Source of the DNA: Eubacteriaceae bacterium
GTDB lineage: Bacteria; Bacillota; Clostridia; Eubacteriales; Alkalibacteraceae
Direction: 5' to 3'
Length of the DNA: 64,000 nucleotides
Assembly: GCA_003446375.1 (NCBI GenBank)
Contig: DMAW01000007.1
Location: 1,863-65,862, forward strand
Shown: piece after piece, positions 1 through 9,530 of the stretch
Layout: every line of letters starts with the position of its first letter
Numbering within the stretch: position 1 is the stretch's first letter
Made by a program: the position numbers and the translations under genes
Notes under the pieces: generated by a model
What the model saw: the letters and a program-made list of their open reading frames with translations, nothing else
Databases searched by the model: none
Told to the model about the DNA's origin: nothing

Positions 1-272
1 TTTACATTTTGATCTTCAGAAGCTTTTGAAAGCTTTCTTCTAGTGCTTCCAAAAGCAACAAGTTTAGAGTTTTCAAGCTTCATCGTATTTATCTTTTCGA
101 AATACTCTCTATCCTTCTGATTTGAACCGGGGTTTCCCGCCTCAATATAATCAACTCCCAGGCTGTCAAGCTCCATAGTTATTTTGATCTTGTCATCTAA
201 TGAAAAGCTTATGCCGCTGCTTTGGGCGCCATCTCTCAATGTGGAATCGAATATTTCTATTTTCCTTCTCAT
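1..272 (-). CDS. cimA: Citramalate synthase, N-terminal part only (runs off the window); absent from ORF track
   Basis: Manual translation from ATG at 272: MRRKIEIFDSTLRDGAQSSGISFSLDDKIKITMELDSLGVDYIEAGNPGSN...LVAFGSTRRK; DxTLRDG plus AFGSTRR is the CimA-type DRE-TIM signature; start overlaps leuA stop (ATGA). Confidence 0.85.
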   Translation of the reverse strand, partial: MRRKIEIFDSTLRDGAQSSGISFSLDDKIKITMELDSLGVDYIEAGNPGSNQKDREYFEKINTMKLENSKLVAFGSTRRKLSKASEDQNV

Positions 273-1792
273 TTTTCATCACCCTTTTGATCATCCAAAA
301 CCTTGTTAACCGCTCCAAGATAAGCGTTTATGCTGGACTCGACTATATCGGTGCTAAGTCCCCTTCCAGTGTACATCTTACCTTCATAGCTAACTTTGAC
401 AACAGCTTCACCCAAGGCGTCCGTTCCTTCAGTAACTGCTTGTAAAGAATAATCTTCAAGTTTTATATCCAAGTCTATAAACTTTGCTATTGCATTAAAA
501 GATGCATCTACCGGTCCGTCTCCTGTGGCCACCTTTTCAAGTTTTCCGCTTTCACATTCCAAGGTAACCACTGCTGTAGAAGTGATCGTGTTTCCGCTGT
601 TTATGACGTATCTGTCTAACTTGTACGTTTCTGTAAGCTCTATGGCCCTCTTCGCTACAATCGCTTCTATATCTCTATCATAAACCTGCTTTTTCTTGTC
701 TGCCAAATCCTTGAATTGCTGAAACGCAATGTCCAAATCTTCTTTTGTTAATTCATAGCCCAAACTTTCAAGCCTTTCTTTAAATGCATGCCTTCCGGAG
801 TGTTTGCCTAAAACCATCTTGCTCTTTGAAAGCCCTATGGTCTCTGGTTTCATTATTTCGTATGTATTTTCGTGGCTTAGCATTCCGTGCTGATGTATTC
901 CGGATTCGTGTGCAAAGGCATTTGCTCCTACAATCGCCTTATTCGGCTGAACGTGCACGCCGGTAATCATAGTTAGAAGATTACTCGTCTTCATGATCTC
1001 TCTTGTATTTATTCCAAAATCAAAGTTGTACAAGTCTCTTCTTGTATCCAAGATCATTGCAAGCTCTTCAAGTGCAGCATTTCCGGCGCGTTCGCCTATT
1101 CCATTGATCGTACACTCAAATTGAGTAGCTCCCGCTCTTGCTGCAGCCAAAGTATTAGCAACGCCCAGTCCCAAGTCATTGTGGCAATGCACAGATATCA
1201 CTGCTTTGTCTAAATAATCCGATCTAATCTTTATTTCATTGATAAAATTATAAAACTCATCCGGAGTAGTATACCCCACGGTATCCGGTATGTTTATGAC
1301 TTTTGCGCCGGCTTGTATCACTTTGTCAAAAATCCTTGCCAAAAAAGCCGGTTCGCTTCTGGTTGCATCTTCAGCTGAAAATTCCACCTCAGGCGCAAAG
1401 CTCGCTGCATAAGCGACCATTTCTTCCGCTCTTTTTATGACATCTTCGGGATCCATCTTAAGCTTGTACTTCATGTGGATATCAGAAGTTGCGATAAATG
1501 TATGAATTCTCGGATTGGCTGCATTTTTAACAGCTTCCCAACCCTTGTCTATGTCATTTTTCACCGCCCTAGCCAATACGGCCACGCCTGAGTTTTTTAT
1601 TCCTTCAGCTATGCTCTTTACTGATTCAAAATCTCCAGGTGAAGATGCGGCAAACCCCGCTTCTATAAAATCTACCTTGAGTTTTTCCAGCTGCTTTGCC
1701 ATTTGCAGCTTTTCTTTATTATTCATGCTGCAGCCCGGAGACTGCTCTCCATCACGCAGCGTAGTATCAAAAAAGATTATTCTTTTCCCCAT
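269..1792 (-). CDS. leuA: 2-isopropylmalate synthase
   Basis: DTTLRDGEQ, HCHNDLGL, GIGERAGN, C-terminal regulatory domain (GDGPVDA); start moved to ATG 1792 after AAGGAG RBS. Confidence 0.95.
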   Translation of the reverse strand: MGKRIIFFDTTLRDGEQSPGCSMNNKEKLQMAKQLEKLKVDFIEAGFAASSPGDFESVKSIAEGIKNSGVAVLARAVKNDIDKGWEAVKNAANPRIHTFIATSDIHMKYKLKMDPEDVIKRAEEMVAYAASFAPEVEFSAEDATRSEPAFLARIFDKVIQAGAKVINIPDTVGYTTPDEFYNFINEIKIRSDYLDKAVISVHCHNDLGLGVANTLAAARAGATQFECTINGIGERAGNAALEELAMILDTRRDLYNFDFGINTREIMKTSNLLTMITGVHVQPNKAIVGANAFAHESGIHQHGMLSHENTYEIMKPETIGLSKSKMVLGKHSGRHAFKERLESLGYELTKEDLDIAFQQFKDLADKKKQVYDRDIEAIVAKRAIELTETYKLDRYVINSGNTITSTAVVTLECESGKLEKVATGDGPVDASFNAIAKFIDLDIKLEDYSLQAVTEGTDALGEAVVKVSYEGKMYTGRGLSTDIVESSINAYLGAVNKVLDDQKGDEK

Positions 1793-1874
1793 TTTCCAAA
1801 GCTCCTTCCCCTGAAAATTCTCCAGTTGAAAAATCAACCCTTTTTCCGAAGAAAAAGAGTCTGACTTTTGTACA

Positions 1875-3542
1875 TCAATATGTTTCTGTTATAAGCTCAT
1901 CGATGGCTTCTCCCGGAGGAACCATCGGCATTACGCAATCATCTTTATCAATTTTACACTCTATGAGAGTAGGTTCTGCGATTTTACCTATTTCTGCGAC
2001 AGTTTTTTGCAATGTTGAAAGATCCTTGACTCTGCTGGCTTTTATTCCGTATGCCTCTGCAAGTTTTATATAATCAACATCTTCTCCGATATCGGTTTCC
2101 ATATACCTTTTATTGCTGAACAATTTTTGCCACTGCCTGACCATTCCCAGTGTACTGTTGTTGATCAATATGATCAATATCGGAATCTTATACTTTGATA
2201 TAGTGACAAGCTCTTGGGAACTCATCCTAAAACCACCGTCGCCTACAAAAAGTATGACGTTTTTATCAGGATTTCCTACTTTGCTGCCATAAGCCGCACC
2301 TAAACCAAAGCCCATAGTTCCAAGTCCACCCGATGTGACGAATTCAGTCTTTCCGTTAAAATCCCAATACTGCGCCGTCCACATCTGATGCTGCCCTACA
2401 TCGGTCACCACGATATCTTCGCCGTCATAGAAACTGTTTACGGTCTTGATAATATTCTTGGCTCCAAAGAAATCTGCAGGAGAGTTGTCTTCCAACTTCC
2501 ACCCTTGTATTTTTTTGTGCCACTCCTCTCTGGGATCATCATCAAGATTTTTGTATATGCTTTCTAGGGACATCTGAACGTCACATACATGTGAATAATA
2601 GGAGGGCATATTCTTATCGATTTCCGTCTCATCGATATCTATGTGTATTATTTTAGCACCAGGGGCAAACCTGTCTTTTTTCCCTATTACTCTGTCGCTG
2701 AACCTGGCTCCTATGGCTATGATAAGATCACTGTTGGTTACTGCGAAATTTGCTTCCCTGAATCCGTGCATCCCCACAAGCCCTAAAGAAAGCCTGTGCT
2801 TCCTCGAAATGCTCCCTAGCCCCATCAGGGTATTGACTACCGGAATAGAATTTTTTTCAGCCATGCGCACCATTGCCTTTTGAGCCTTTGAAATCTTTAC
2901 TCCTCCACCGGCATAAATGACAGGTCTTTCGCTTTCATTGATAAGTTGTGCTATCTTTGCCGATTTCTCATCTATCTCGGGAGCCGATTTACAGGTTGCA
3001 TCCTCTTCTACAAAATAAGAAATGAATTTGCCTTTTCCCATAAATACATCCTTTGTGATATCAATCAAAACAGGTCCAGGTCTTCCCGCCTTGGCAATCT
3101 TAAACGCTTTAGCCATTGCTCTGGAAAGCTGATTGATATCTTTAACCAACATATTATACTTTGTTATAGGCATTGTTATTCCTGTTATATCTATTTCTTG
3201 GAACGAATCCTTGCCAAGAAGCCCTGAGGCTACTTGCCCGGTTATTACTACCAAGGGAACTGAATCCATATACGCATTTGCTATGCCTGTTACCGTATTG
3301 CTGGCTCCAGGCCCTGAGGTTACTATGCAAACTCCTGTCTTGCCTGTAGTTCTTGCATAGGCATCTGCACCATGAACAGCATTTTGCTCATGGGCAGGTC
3401 TTATAATATTAAAAGTATCCTTCTCGTCATACAAGGCATCAAACAACGGGATAACCGCACCACCTTGATACCCGAATATCGTATCTACGCTTTGTTCTTT
3501 CAAGCATTCAATTACAATTTGCGCTCCCGTCATTTTTGTCAC
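1875..3542 (-). CDS. ilvB: Acetolactate synthase large subunit
   Basis: HEQ motif, TSGPGASN, DVGQHQMW, SGGLGTMGFG, GDG...NN ThDP motif. Confidence 0.95.
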   Translation of the reverse strand: MTKMTGAQIVIECLKEQSVDTIFGYQGGAVIPLFDALYDEKDTFNIIRPAHEQNAVHGADAYARTTGKTGVCIVTSGPGASNTVTGIANAYMDSVPLVVITGQVASGLLGKDSFQEIDITGITMPITKYNMLVKDINQLSRAMAKAFKIAKAGRPGPVLIDITKDVFMGKGKFISYFVEEDATCKSAPEIDEKSAKIAQLINESERPVIYAGGGVKISKAQKAMVRMAEKNSIPVVNTLMGLGSISRKHRLSLGLVGMHGFREANFAVTNSDLIIAIGARFSDRVIGKKDRFAPGAKIIHIDIDETEIDKNMPSYYSHVCDVQMSLESIYKNLDDDPREEWHKKIQGWKLEDNSPADFFGAKNIIKTVNSFYDGEDIVVTDVGQHQMWTAQYWDFNGKTEFVTSGGLGTMGFGLGAAYGSKVGNPDKNVILFVGDGGFRMSSQELVTISKYKIPILIILINNSTLGMVRQWQKLFSNKRYMETDIGEDVDYIKLAEAYGIKASRVKDLSTLQKTVAEIGKIAEPTLIECKIDKDDCVMPMVPPGEAIDELITETY

Positions 3543-3558
3543 AAGACCACCTCCTGTG

Positions 3559-5214
3559 TTATTTCACGATTGCGCCGGTGGAAGCCGAAGTCACCATATC
3601 GGAATATCTCTTCAAACATCCCTGAGCCTGCGGTGATTTCATCGCCTGCTTTTGTTTCCTTTCTTCCAGCGTCTTATCGTCAACTTCAAGTTCCAGCTTT
3701 CCGTTTATTATATCTATATTGATGATATCACCATCTTCAACCAATCCGATTATGCCGCCTTCACTAGCTTCAGGTGACACGTGCCCGATGGCCGCTCCTC
3801 TTGTTCCTCCAGAAAATCTTCCATCGGTCACAAGGGCAACGTCCTTATCCAGCCCCATGCCTGCCAAGGTAGATGTAGGTGTAAGCATCTCTCTCATGCC
3901 CGGTCCGCCTTTGGGTCCTTCGTATCTAATAACTACGCAATCGCCTTTTTTTATCTTTCCTGCCAATATAGCTTCAACTGCAGCTTCTTCACAGTCAAAC
4001 ACAACTGCATTTGTAGACTTCTGCATCATTTCTTTAGCAACCGCAGACTGCTTTACAACAGCCCCGTCAGGCGCCAAGTTCCCTCTGAGAACCCTTATCC
4101 CTCCGGTTTCACTATAAGGTTTTTCTATATCAGCTATTATGGCACTTCCCTTTTTCTCTCTTCCTTTGTAAAGCTCTCCAATGTTCATGGCGCTTACAGT
4201 AATTAAGTCTCTATTTAAAAGATTCTTTTTGTCAAGCTCATTCATAACTGCCATTATTCCACCAGCAGCATAAAGGTCTTGAATATGGTATGGTCCTGCT
4301 GGACTCAATCTGCAAAGATTTGGGGTCTGCAGGCTGATTTTATTTATCTTGTCCAAATCGAACTCCACTCCCGCCTCATTTGCGATGGCAGTAAGATGCA
4401 GTACAGTATTGGTAGAGCATCCAAGGGCCATATCTACAGTAAGGGCGTTTTCGAAAGCTTTTGGAGTCATTATGTCTCTTGGCTTGATATCTTTTTCCAC
4501 AAGCTCCATTATCTTTATTCCTGATGCTTTAGCAAGCCTCTTTCTGTCAGAATAGACTGCCGGTATTGTTCCGTTTCCCGGAAGAGCCATTCCCAATACT
4601 TCGCTTATGCAATTCATGGAGTTTGCAGTAAACATCCCTGAACACGAACCACACGTAGGGCATGCGCTATTTTCAAGCTCTAGGAGCTCTTCTTCATTCA
4701 TGTTGCCTGTTGTTACGGCACCGACGCCTTCAAATACAGTTATAAGGTCTGCGGCATCTCCGTTGTATTTGCCTGCTAGCATAGGGCCACCGCTTACCAC
4801 GATAGCCGGAACGTTGAGTCTCGCCGCTGCCATAAGCATCGCCGGAACCGATTTGTCGCAGTTCGGAATCAAAACGATTCCGTCAAGTCCATGGGCCTTT
4901 ACCATTATCTCAATGCTATCTGCTATAAGCTCGCGACTAGGAAGAGAATATCTCATGCCTTCATGGTTCATCGCAATTCCGTCACACACTGCTATCGTAG
5001 GAAATTCCATTGGAGTTCCCCCCGCCATAAGCACGCCTTTTTTCGCTGCCTCAGCAATGCTCCTTAGCTCTATATGTCCCGGCACTATCTCGTTAAACGA
5101 GTTTGCTATCCCTATTAATGGTTTATTTATCTCTACATCGCTATATCCGCTTGCTTTCAGCAGCGACCTGTGGGGAGCTTTTGATACTCCGCTTTTCATG
5201 TTTTCACTGCGCAT
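3559..5214 (-). CDS. ilvD: Dihydroxy-acid dehydratase
   Basis: [39 protein letters not shown]. Confidence 0.97.
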   Translation of the reverse strand: MRSENMKSGVSKAPHRSLLKASGYSDVEINKPLIGIANSFNEIVPGHIELRSIAEAAKKGVLMAGGTPMEFPTIAVCDGIAMNHEGMRYSLPSRELIADSIEIMVKAHGLDGIVLIPNCDKSVPAMLMAAARLNVPAIVVSGGPMLAGKYNGDAADLITVFEGVGAVTTGNMNEEELLELENSACPTCGSCSGMFTANSMNCISEVLGMALPGNGTIPAVYSDRKRLAKASGIKIMELVEKDIKPRDIMTPKAFENALTVDMALGCSTNTVLHLTAIANEAGVEFDLDKINKISLQTPNLCRLSPAGPYHIQDLYAAGGIMAVMNELDKKNLLNRDLITVSAMNIGELYKGREKKGSAIIADIEKPYSETGGIRVLRGNLAPDGAVVKQSAVAKEMMQKSTNAVVFDCEEAAVEAILAGKIKKGDCVVIRYEGPKGGPGMREMLTPTSTLAGMGLDKDVALVTDGRFSGGTRGAAIGHVSPEASEGGIIGLVEDGDIINIDIINGKLELEVDDKTLEERKQKQAMKSPQAQGCLKRYSDMVTSASTGAIVK

Positions 5215-5229
5215 CTATTTCACTTCCTT

Positions 5230-6231
5230 TTATTCTTCTTCAGATTTTAACCAAGGCATCATCTTTCTAAGCTTTTTACCTACAGTTTCTACTTGATGCT
5301 CGCTTTCAATTCTTCTCTTTGCCAAGAAATACGGTCTGTTCACGCTGTTTTCAACCAGCCATTCTTTTGCAAAAGTTCCTTCTTGGATTTCTTTAAGAAC
5401 TTTTTTCATTTCTTTCCTAGTCTCGTCAGTGATAATTCTGCTTCCGATTTTGTAATCTCCATATTCTGCTGTATCGCTGATTGAGTATCTCATTTGACTG
5501 AATCCACCTTCAGCTATAAGATCTACTATTAGCTTCATTTCATTTACACACTCAAAATATGCGCTTTCAGGCTGGTATCCTGCTTCAACCAAAGTTTCAA
5601 AACCTGCCTTCATAAGCTCTGTAACGCCACCGCAAAGTACCGCTTGCTCTCCAAATAAATCTGTCTCCGTCTCTTCCTGGAAAGTAGTCTCCAAGATACC
5701 TGCTCTTGCTCCACCTACGCCTGCTGCATAAGAAAGCGCGATATCCAATGTGTCATTGCTTGGATCTTGGTGAACCGCTACCAAACAAGGTGTTCCTTTT
5801 CCTTCTTCGTACATTCTTCTAACGATATGTCCCGGTCCTTTTGGCGCTACCATGAACACATTGATGTCTTTTGCAGGTGCCACTTGATTGTATAGAATGT
5901 TGAATCCGTGAGCAAATGCAAGGTATTTTCCGCTGGTTAAGTTTGGTTCGATCGACTCTTTGAATATTGTCGGTTGCTTCTCGTCGTTTACCAAAAGCAT
6001 AATTACGTCTGCAGCTTTTGTAGCATTTGCCGCAGTGTCAACTTTAAGACCCGCTTTTTCGGCCTTTGCCCAAGACTTGCTGCCTTCGTATAGTCCTACT
6101 ATCACGTCTACGCCACTTTCCTTAAGGTTTAGCGCATGAGCATGTCCTTGACTTCCATAACCTATGATCGCTACCGTCTTTCCTTTTAAAGCATCCAAAT
6201 TACAATCTTGTTCGTAATACATTTTACTCAT
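5230..6231 (-). CDS. ilvC: Ketol-acid reductoisomerase
   Basis: [33 protein letters not shown]. Confidence 0.97.
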   Translation of the reverse strand: MSKMYYEQDCNLDALKGKTVAIIGYGSQGHAHALNLKESGVDVIVGLYEGSKSWAKAEKAGLKVDTAANATKAADVIMLLVNDEKQPTIFKESIEPNLTSGKYLAFAHGFNILYNQVAPAKDINVFMVAPKGPGHIVRRMYEEGKGTPCLVAVHQDPSNDTLDIALSYAAGVGGARAGILETTFQEETETDLFGEQAVLCGGVTELMKAGFETLVEAGYQPESAYFECVNEMKLIVDLIAEGGFSQMRYSISDTAEYGDYKIGSRIITDETRKEMKKVLKEIQEGTFAKEWLVENSVNRPYFLAKRRIESEHQVETVGKKLRKMMPWLKSEEE

Positions 6232-6273
6232 TTCTTGTTCCTCCTGTTTATAAATTATTAATCCTTAGATTTT

Positions 6274-6565
6274 GTAAAAAAAAATCTCCCGCCTCTACAA
6301 GTATCTCTATACTTATAGGGACGAAAGATATTATCTCGTGGTACCACCCTAATTCACAGCTTTTTTGCCGCCTCGTTGTCGGATCTGCCTCAAACCGCCA
6401 AATCCTTATCCCTTTATCGGAGGATACCGCTTTCACCTACTAAAATCCATGTTTTTCAGCAAAAGTGCTCTAAAGTGAGTATTACATACCGCCTTGACAC
6501 CGCCTTTCACCAACCGCCGGCTCTCTAAGTCAAAACAATGGTACTTTTCTCTTCGTCATCGCATT
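6274..6565 (-). ncRNA. T-box riboswitch leader, probable Leu (CUC) specifier, upstream of ilvC operon
   Basis: T-box AATTAGGGTGGTACCACG at 6354-6337; stem I AGAGA and GGTGAAA motifs; CTC at 6479-6477; terminator GGCGGGAGA plus T-run before ilvC RBS. Confidence 0.9.
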
Positions 6566-6589
6566 ATCTATTATTCCATATTAGAAATA

Positions 6590-6618
6590 ATTATAAGCCT
6601 AGACTTTGGCTCTGTCAA
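6590..6618 (-). promoter_or_regulatory. Consensus sigma-A promoter for the ilv-leu T-box leader
   Basis: TTGACA (6618-6613), 17 bp, TATAAT (6595-6590); the -35 lies inside the thioesterase 3' end. Confidence 0.8.
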
Positions 6619-7381
6619 CACATTTTTTGTTAAACTCGGCTTTTTCCCACTTACATTCAATCAAGGCTAGGATCTCTCCATTTTCTAAACACACTTGATG
6701 CGTCGAATGCAGATCTTTTCCTTTGGGCAAAGTTCCTTCCACTTTTATGCGCTCACCAAGCAATGCTTCTTTTTTATAAGCTATATTCACTCTTTTTACA
6801 TTTCCCGTACTAAGCATTTCAAAAGGCATTGAATCTGTAACCCAGCCTAGGTACTTTCCATTGTTCACGTGTCTGTTGAAGTCGATGTCTCCATTGCATG
6901 CCCTAATATCTATGCCGTAGTCAGGATATTCTACAGAATCAACCTTATCGTATTTGATCCTGATGTTGTCATCAAAGTCAAAGTCGTAGGCTTTAGGGTA
7001 ATAATCATCTATTTTCTTTATTCTTCCTCTTATCGCATCGACCATGGCCCATTGTGAATTTATGGTTACAACGGCGTTTCCCTCTGCATCGTAAAAATTG
7101 AAGGTCCTGTCTGCCAATAGCCTATGAAATCCTACGGGCTGCGTCTCTATCGTAATTACTTCATTAAATGCAGGATATCGTTTGACTGCAATGTCGAATC
7201 TAGATACGACCCAAGCAACGTTTTTGCTTTCAAGATGAGTCTGTCCAATCCCTAGTTCTTCTCCTTGTATCATCGCTATATCCTGCGCATAATTTACCAT
7301 CTTCTCAAGCGTGAGCCTATTGTATCTGTCTACCTCGTAGCTGTGCACCAGATAATCTTTTCGTTTCTTTAGTCCTGCCAA
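6599..7381 (-). CDS. Acyl-ACP thioesterase (FatA/FatB-like)
   Basis: Double hot-dog pattern, DIDFNRHVNNGKY catalytic motif; likely TTG start at 7381 after GAGGTG RBS. Confidence 0.85.
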   Translation of the reverse strand: MAGLKKRKDYLVHSYEVDRYNRLTLEKMVNYAQDIAMIQGEELGIGQTHLESKNVAWVVSRFDIAVKRYPAFNEVITIETQPVGFHRLLADRTFNFYDAEGNAVVTINSQWAMVDAIRGRIKKIDDYYPKAYDFDFDDNIRIKYDKVDSVEYPDYGIDIRACNGDIDFNRHVNNGKYLGWVTDSMPFEMLSTGNVKRVNIAYKKEALLGERIKVEGTLPKGKDLHSTHQVCLENGEILALIECKWEKAEFNKKCVDRAKV

Positions 7382-7394
7382 GTAAAACACCTCT

Positions 7395-8348
7395 TTACAG
7401 ATCGCTTTTGTACATGTGCCTTCCTTCAAGCGTCATGCTCTTATCGGCAAAGCTTCCCTTTTCGGCATCTTTTAAGACTTTGTTCATAGCATACATCCTT
7501 GAATCTATAAGATCGATATAATGTAAAAGTTCCGCTTCCGGTATCAAAGGTTTTTTAGGGCTGCCGTATTCAGGATGGTAATGGTGCGCAAGTATCATAT
7601 GCTCCAGCAACAGCTTTACCTCTTCATCGATTTCAAGTTCTAAAGATGCCTGGTCGATTTCTTTTATTCCTTGAATGATATGGCCCAAAAGCTTGCCTTC
7701 TTTAGTGTAATCATCCACTATTCCCAGCTCTGTAGATTCCATTTCATCTACTTTTGATAAATCGTGCAGTATTACTCCAGCATACAAAAGATCTTTATTG
7801 ATGAATTCATATACAGGCGCTATCTTCTGTGCAATATTAAGCATAGTTTCCATATGGTATAGAAGTCCGGATTTAATGGCGTGGTGATGAGTTTTCGCCG
7901 CCGGATAATAAGTCAGCTTATCACGTTTTTGATTCAATAGATATTTAGTTATCTTTTTTATATCGTGGTTTTCAAAATTTTCTATAGCCGCCTCTAGGTA
8001 AAAAAACATCTCTTCAGGATCGCGAGGAGCGGATTCTATGAAATCCTCCAAGCTGACTTGGTCTTCTTCTTTTATCTTTCGCAGCTTATTTATCCTTAAC
8101 TGCAATTTGCCGTTGAATTTTTGAACTAAAGCATCTACCAAAACCACCTCTCCGCTTTTATAAGCGACCATTTGCGGGTCGGCATTCCAAAGCTTAGCAC
8201 TAGCTTCAACGCCTTCAGTATCTCCCAACACCATATCTAGATAGAGGGAATCGTTTTTCGCCTTCTTTAGGTCTGTATTCTTTATCATTAAAAAGGTTGT
8301 GATGCTCTGCCCGTACTCCATCTTTTTTATCGGTATAACTTCAATCAT
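7395..8348 (-). CDS. yhaM: 3'-5' exoribonuclease YhaM family (OB fold plus HD)
   Basis: N-terminal OB fold, PAAKTHHHA..GLLYH, LHDLSK, GHI, HH..PEYGSP, DLID. Confidence 0.9.
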   Translation of the reverse strand: MIEVIPIKKMEYGQSITTFLMIKNTDLKKAKNDSLYLDMVLGDTEGVEASAKLWNADPQMVAYKSGEVVLVDALVQKFNGKLQLRINKLRKIKEEDQVSLEDFIESAPRDPEEMFFYLEAAIENFENHDIKKITKYLLNQKRDKLTYYPAAKTHHHAIKSGLLYHMETMLNIAQKIAPVYEFINKDLLYAGVILHDLSKVDEMESTELGIVDDYTKEGKLLGHIIQGIKEIDQASLELEIDEEVKLLLEHMILAHHYHPEYGSPKKPLIPEAELLHYIDLIDSRMYAMNKVLKDAEKGSFADKSMTLEGRHMYKSDL

Positions 8349-8366
8349 TTAAACACTCCTGTCTTA

Positions 8367-8678
8367 TCACACCAACAATCCTAAGAGACCAAATACGCTC
8401 AAGAAGCTTATGTAAAACAGCTTTCTGAACAGAGGATTGGAATTCTTATAAAAGCCTATCGCTCCCAAAGCCCCAAACCACGCAAATTCAGGATTGTATT
8501 CCTTTAAAAAATAAAGGGCGCACAAAGGCGTGAGCCAAAGGTATGGATTCCTAAAAATAAGTCCTTTCGCTTCTCGATATTTTTCCTCTTTGTATTCATT
8601 TTTTAACCGTTCTTGCGGCTTGCTGGTTTTCTTTTGATTTATTCCTTGGATTTTTTTTCTTTTTTTACCCTTTCCCAT
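8367..8678 (-). CDS. Hypothetical small membrane protein
   Basis: 103 aa, AAGGAG RBS, Lys-rich N-terminus and hydrophobic C-terminal segments; upstream TTGTAA-17-TAGAAT. Confidence 0.6.
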   Translation of the reverse strand: MGKGKKRKKIQGINQKKTSKPQERLKNEYKEEKYREAKGLIFRNPYLWLTPLCALYFLKEYNPEFAWFGALGAIGFYKNSNPLFRKLFYISFLSVFGLLGLLV

Positions 8679-8757
8679 GACCTGCTCCTTTTATATATAG
8701 AATTGCTCTTATAATTCTACCCCATAAGAAAATATCTTACAAGCGTCCAGACACAAC

Positions 8758-8785
8758 AAAGTCCCGTTTTATTTGGCGGGACTTT
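8758..8785 (-). terminator. Intrinsic terminator after tetR
   Basis: AAAGTCCCG...CGGGACTTT inverted repeat. Confidence 0.7.
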
Positions 8786-8796
8786 ATTTATCGATT

Positions 8797-9417
8797 TTAT
8801 TTTTTCCCAATTCCGGATTTAAGCATCTCTATCATGCCCTCAACCAGATTGAACACCTGCTTTTCCTCTCCTGTATCAAAAAATTCAATAAAGTCATTCG
8901 AAAGAGAATTACCAAGCTGAAACAGAAAATAAGCACTCATATCTAGGTTTATGTCACTGCGGATATCTCCTCTTTTTATCCCAAGCTCCAGAATCTGCTT
9001 ATAAATCTGTATTCCTTCACCTTTTTTTTCATCAATTACTTCATTGAAGACTTCTTGTCCGGAATCCCTTAGCATATGGTAGCCGATCTTTGCCAACTGG
9101 GGATTATCCTTAGCAAACTTAAGTCCGCTAGCGTATATATCTCTAAGCAAATCAAAAAAATTCATGTCGAAAGGATTCTTCATGGTAGGCGTGAGATAGG
9201 TTATCTTTTTTTTATAGATTTCATCAATAAGATATTTATATAAATCCTTCTTGTCTTTAAAATACTGATAGAAGCTACCCTTGGCTATCCCTGCATTTTT
9301 TACGATTCTATTGACGCTGGCCTGCTTAAACGGATGATTAGAAAACTCATCCAGTGCAGCCCCGTATATTTTCATTCTCTTTTCTTCTGCTAAGTTATAG
9401 AATGTATCTTTCGGCAT
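8797..9417 (-). CDS. TetR/AcrR family regulator
   Basis: N-terminal HTH: ASVNRIVKNAGIAKGSFYQYFKDKKDLY. Confidence 0.93.
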   Translation of the reverse strand: MPKDTFYNLAEEKRMKIYGAALDEFSNHPFKQASVNRIVKNAGIAKGSFYQYFKDKKDLYKYLIDEIYKKKITYLTPTMKNPFDMNFFDLLRDIYASGLKFAKDNPQLAKIGYHMLRDSGQEVFNEVIDEKKGEGIQIYKQILELGIKRGDIRSDINLDMSAYFLFQLGNSLSNDFIEFFDTGEEKQVFNLVEGMIEMLKSGIGKK

Positions 9418-9434
9418 ACGACTCCCCTACCTTG

Positions 9435-9448
9435 TGACCGCCAAGTCA
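9435..9448. promoter_or_regulatory. Probable TetR autoregulatory operator TGAC-N6-GTCA
   Basis: Palindrome TGACCGCCAAGTCA between the TTGACA-17-TATACT promoter and the tetR RBS. Confidence 0.55.
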
Positions 9449-9530
9449 TTTTATAGCTAAAGTATATTACTGCTTTTCTTCTTTGTCAAGAAAAAGAGCC
9501 CCTAGGGACTCTTTGCTCCATATAATTGAT

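Noticed and set aside
200-445. Plus-strand 81-aa ORF and the many other short antisense ORFs in the track
   Set aside because: They shadow well-supported genes on the opposite strand and lack RBS and motifs
1805-1819. CodY-like motif AATTTTCAGGGGAAG before leuA
   Set aside because: Only the left half matches AATTTTCWGAAAATT, and it overlaps the RBS
4607-5296. 229-aa plus-strand ORF
   Set aside because: Antisense shadow of ilvD with Ser/Pro-rich non-protein-like composition
6248-6436. 62-aa minus-strand ORF upstream of ilvC as a leader peptide
   Set aside because: It runs through the T-box antiterminator and terminator, with no RBS or Leu/Ile/Val run
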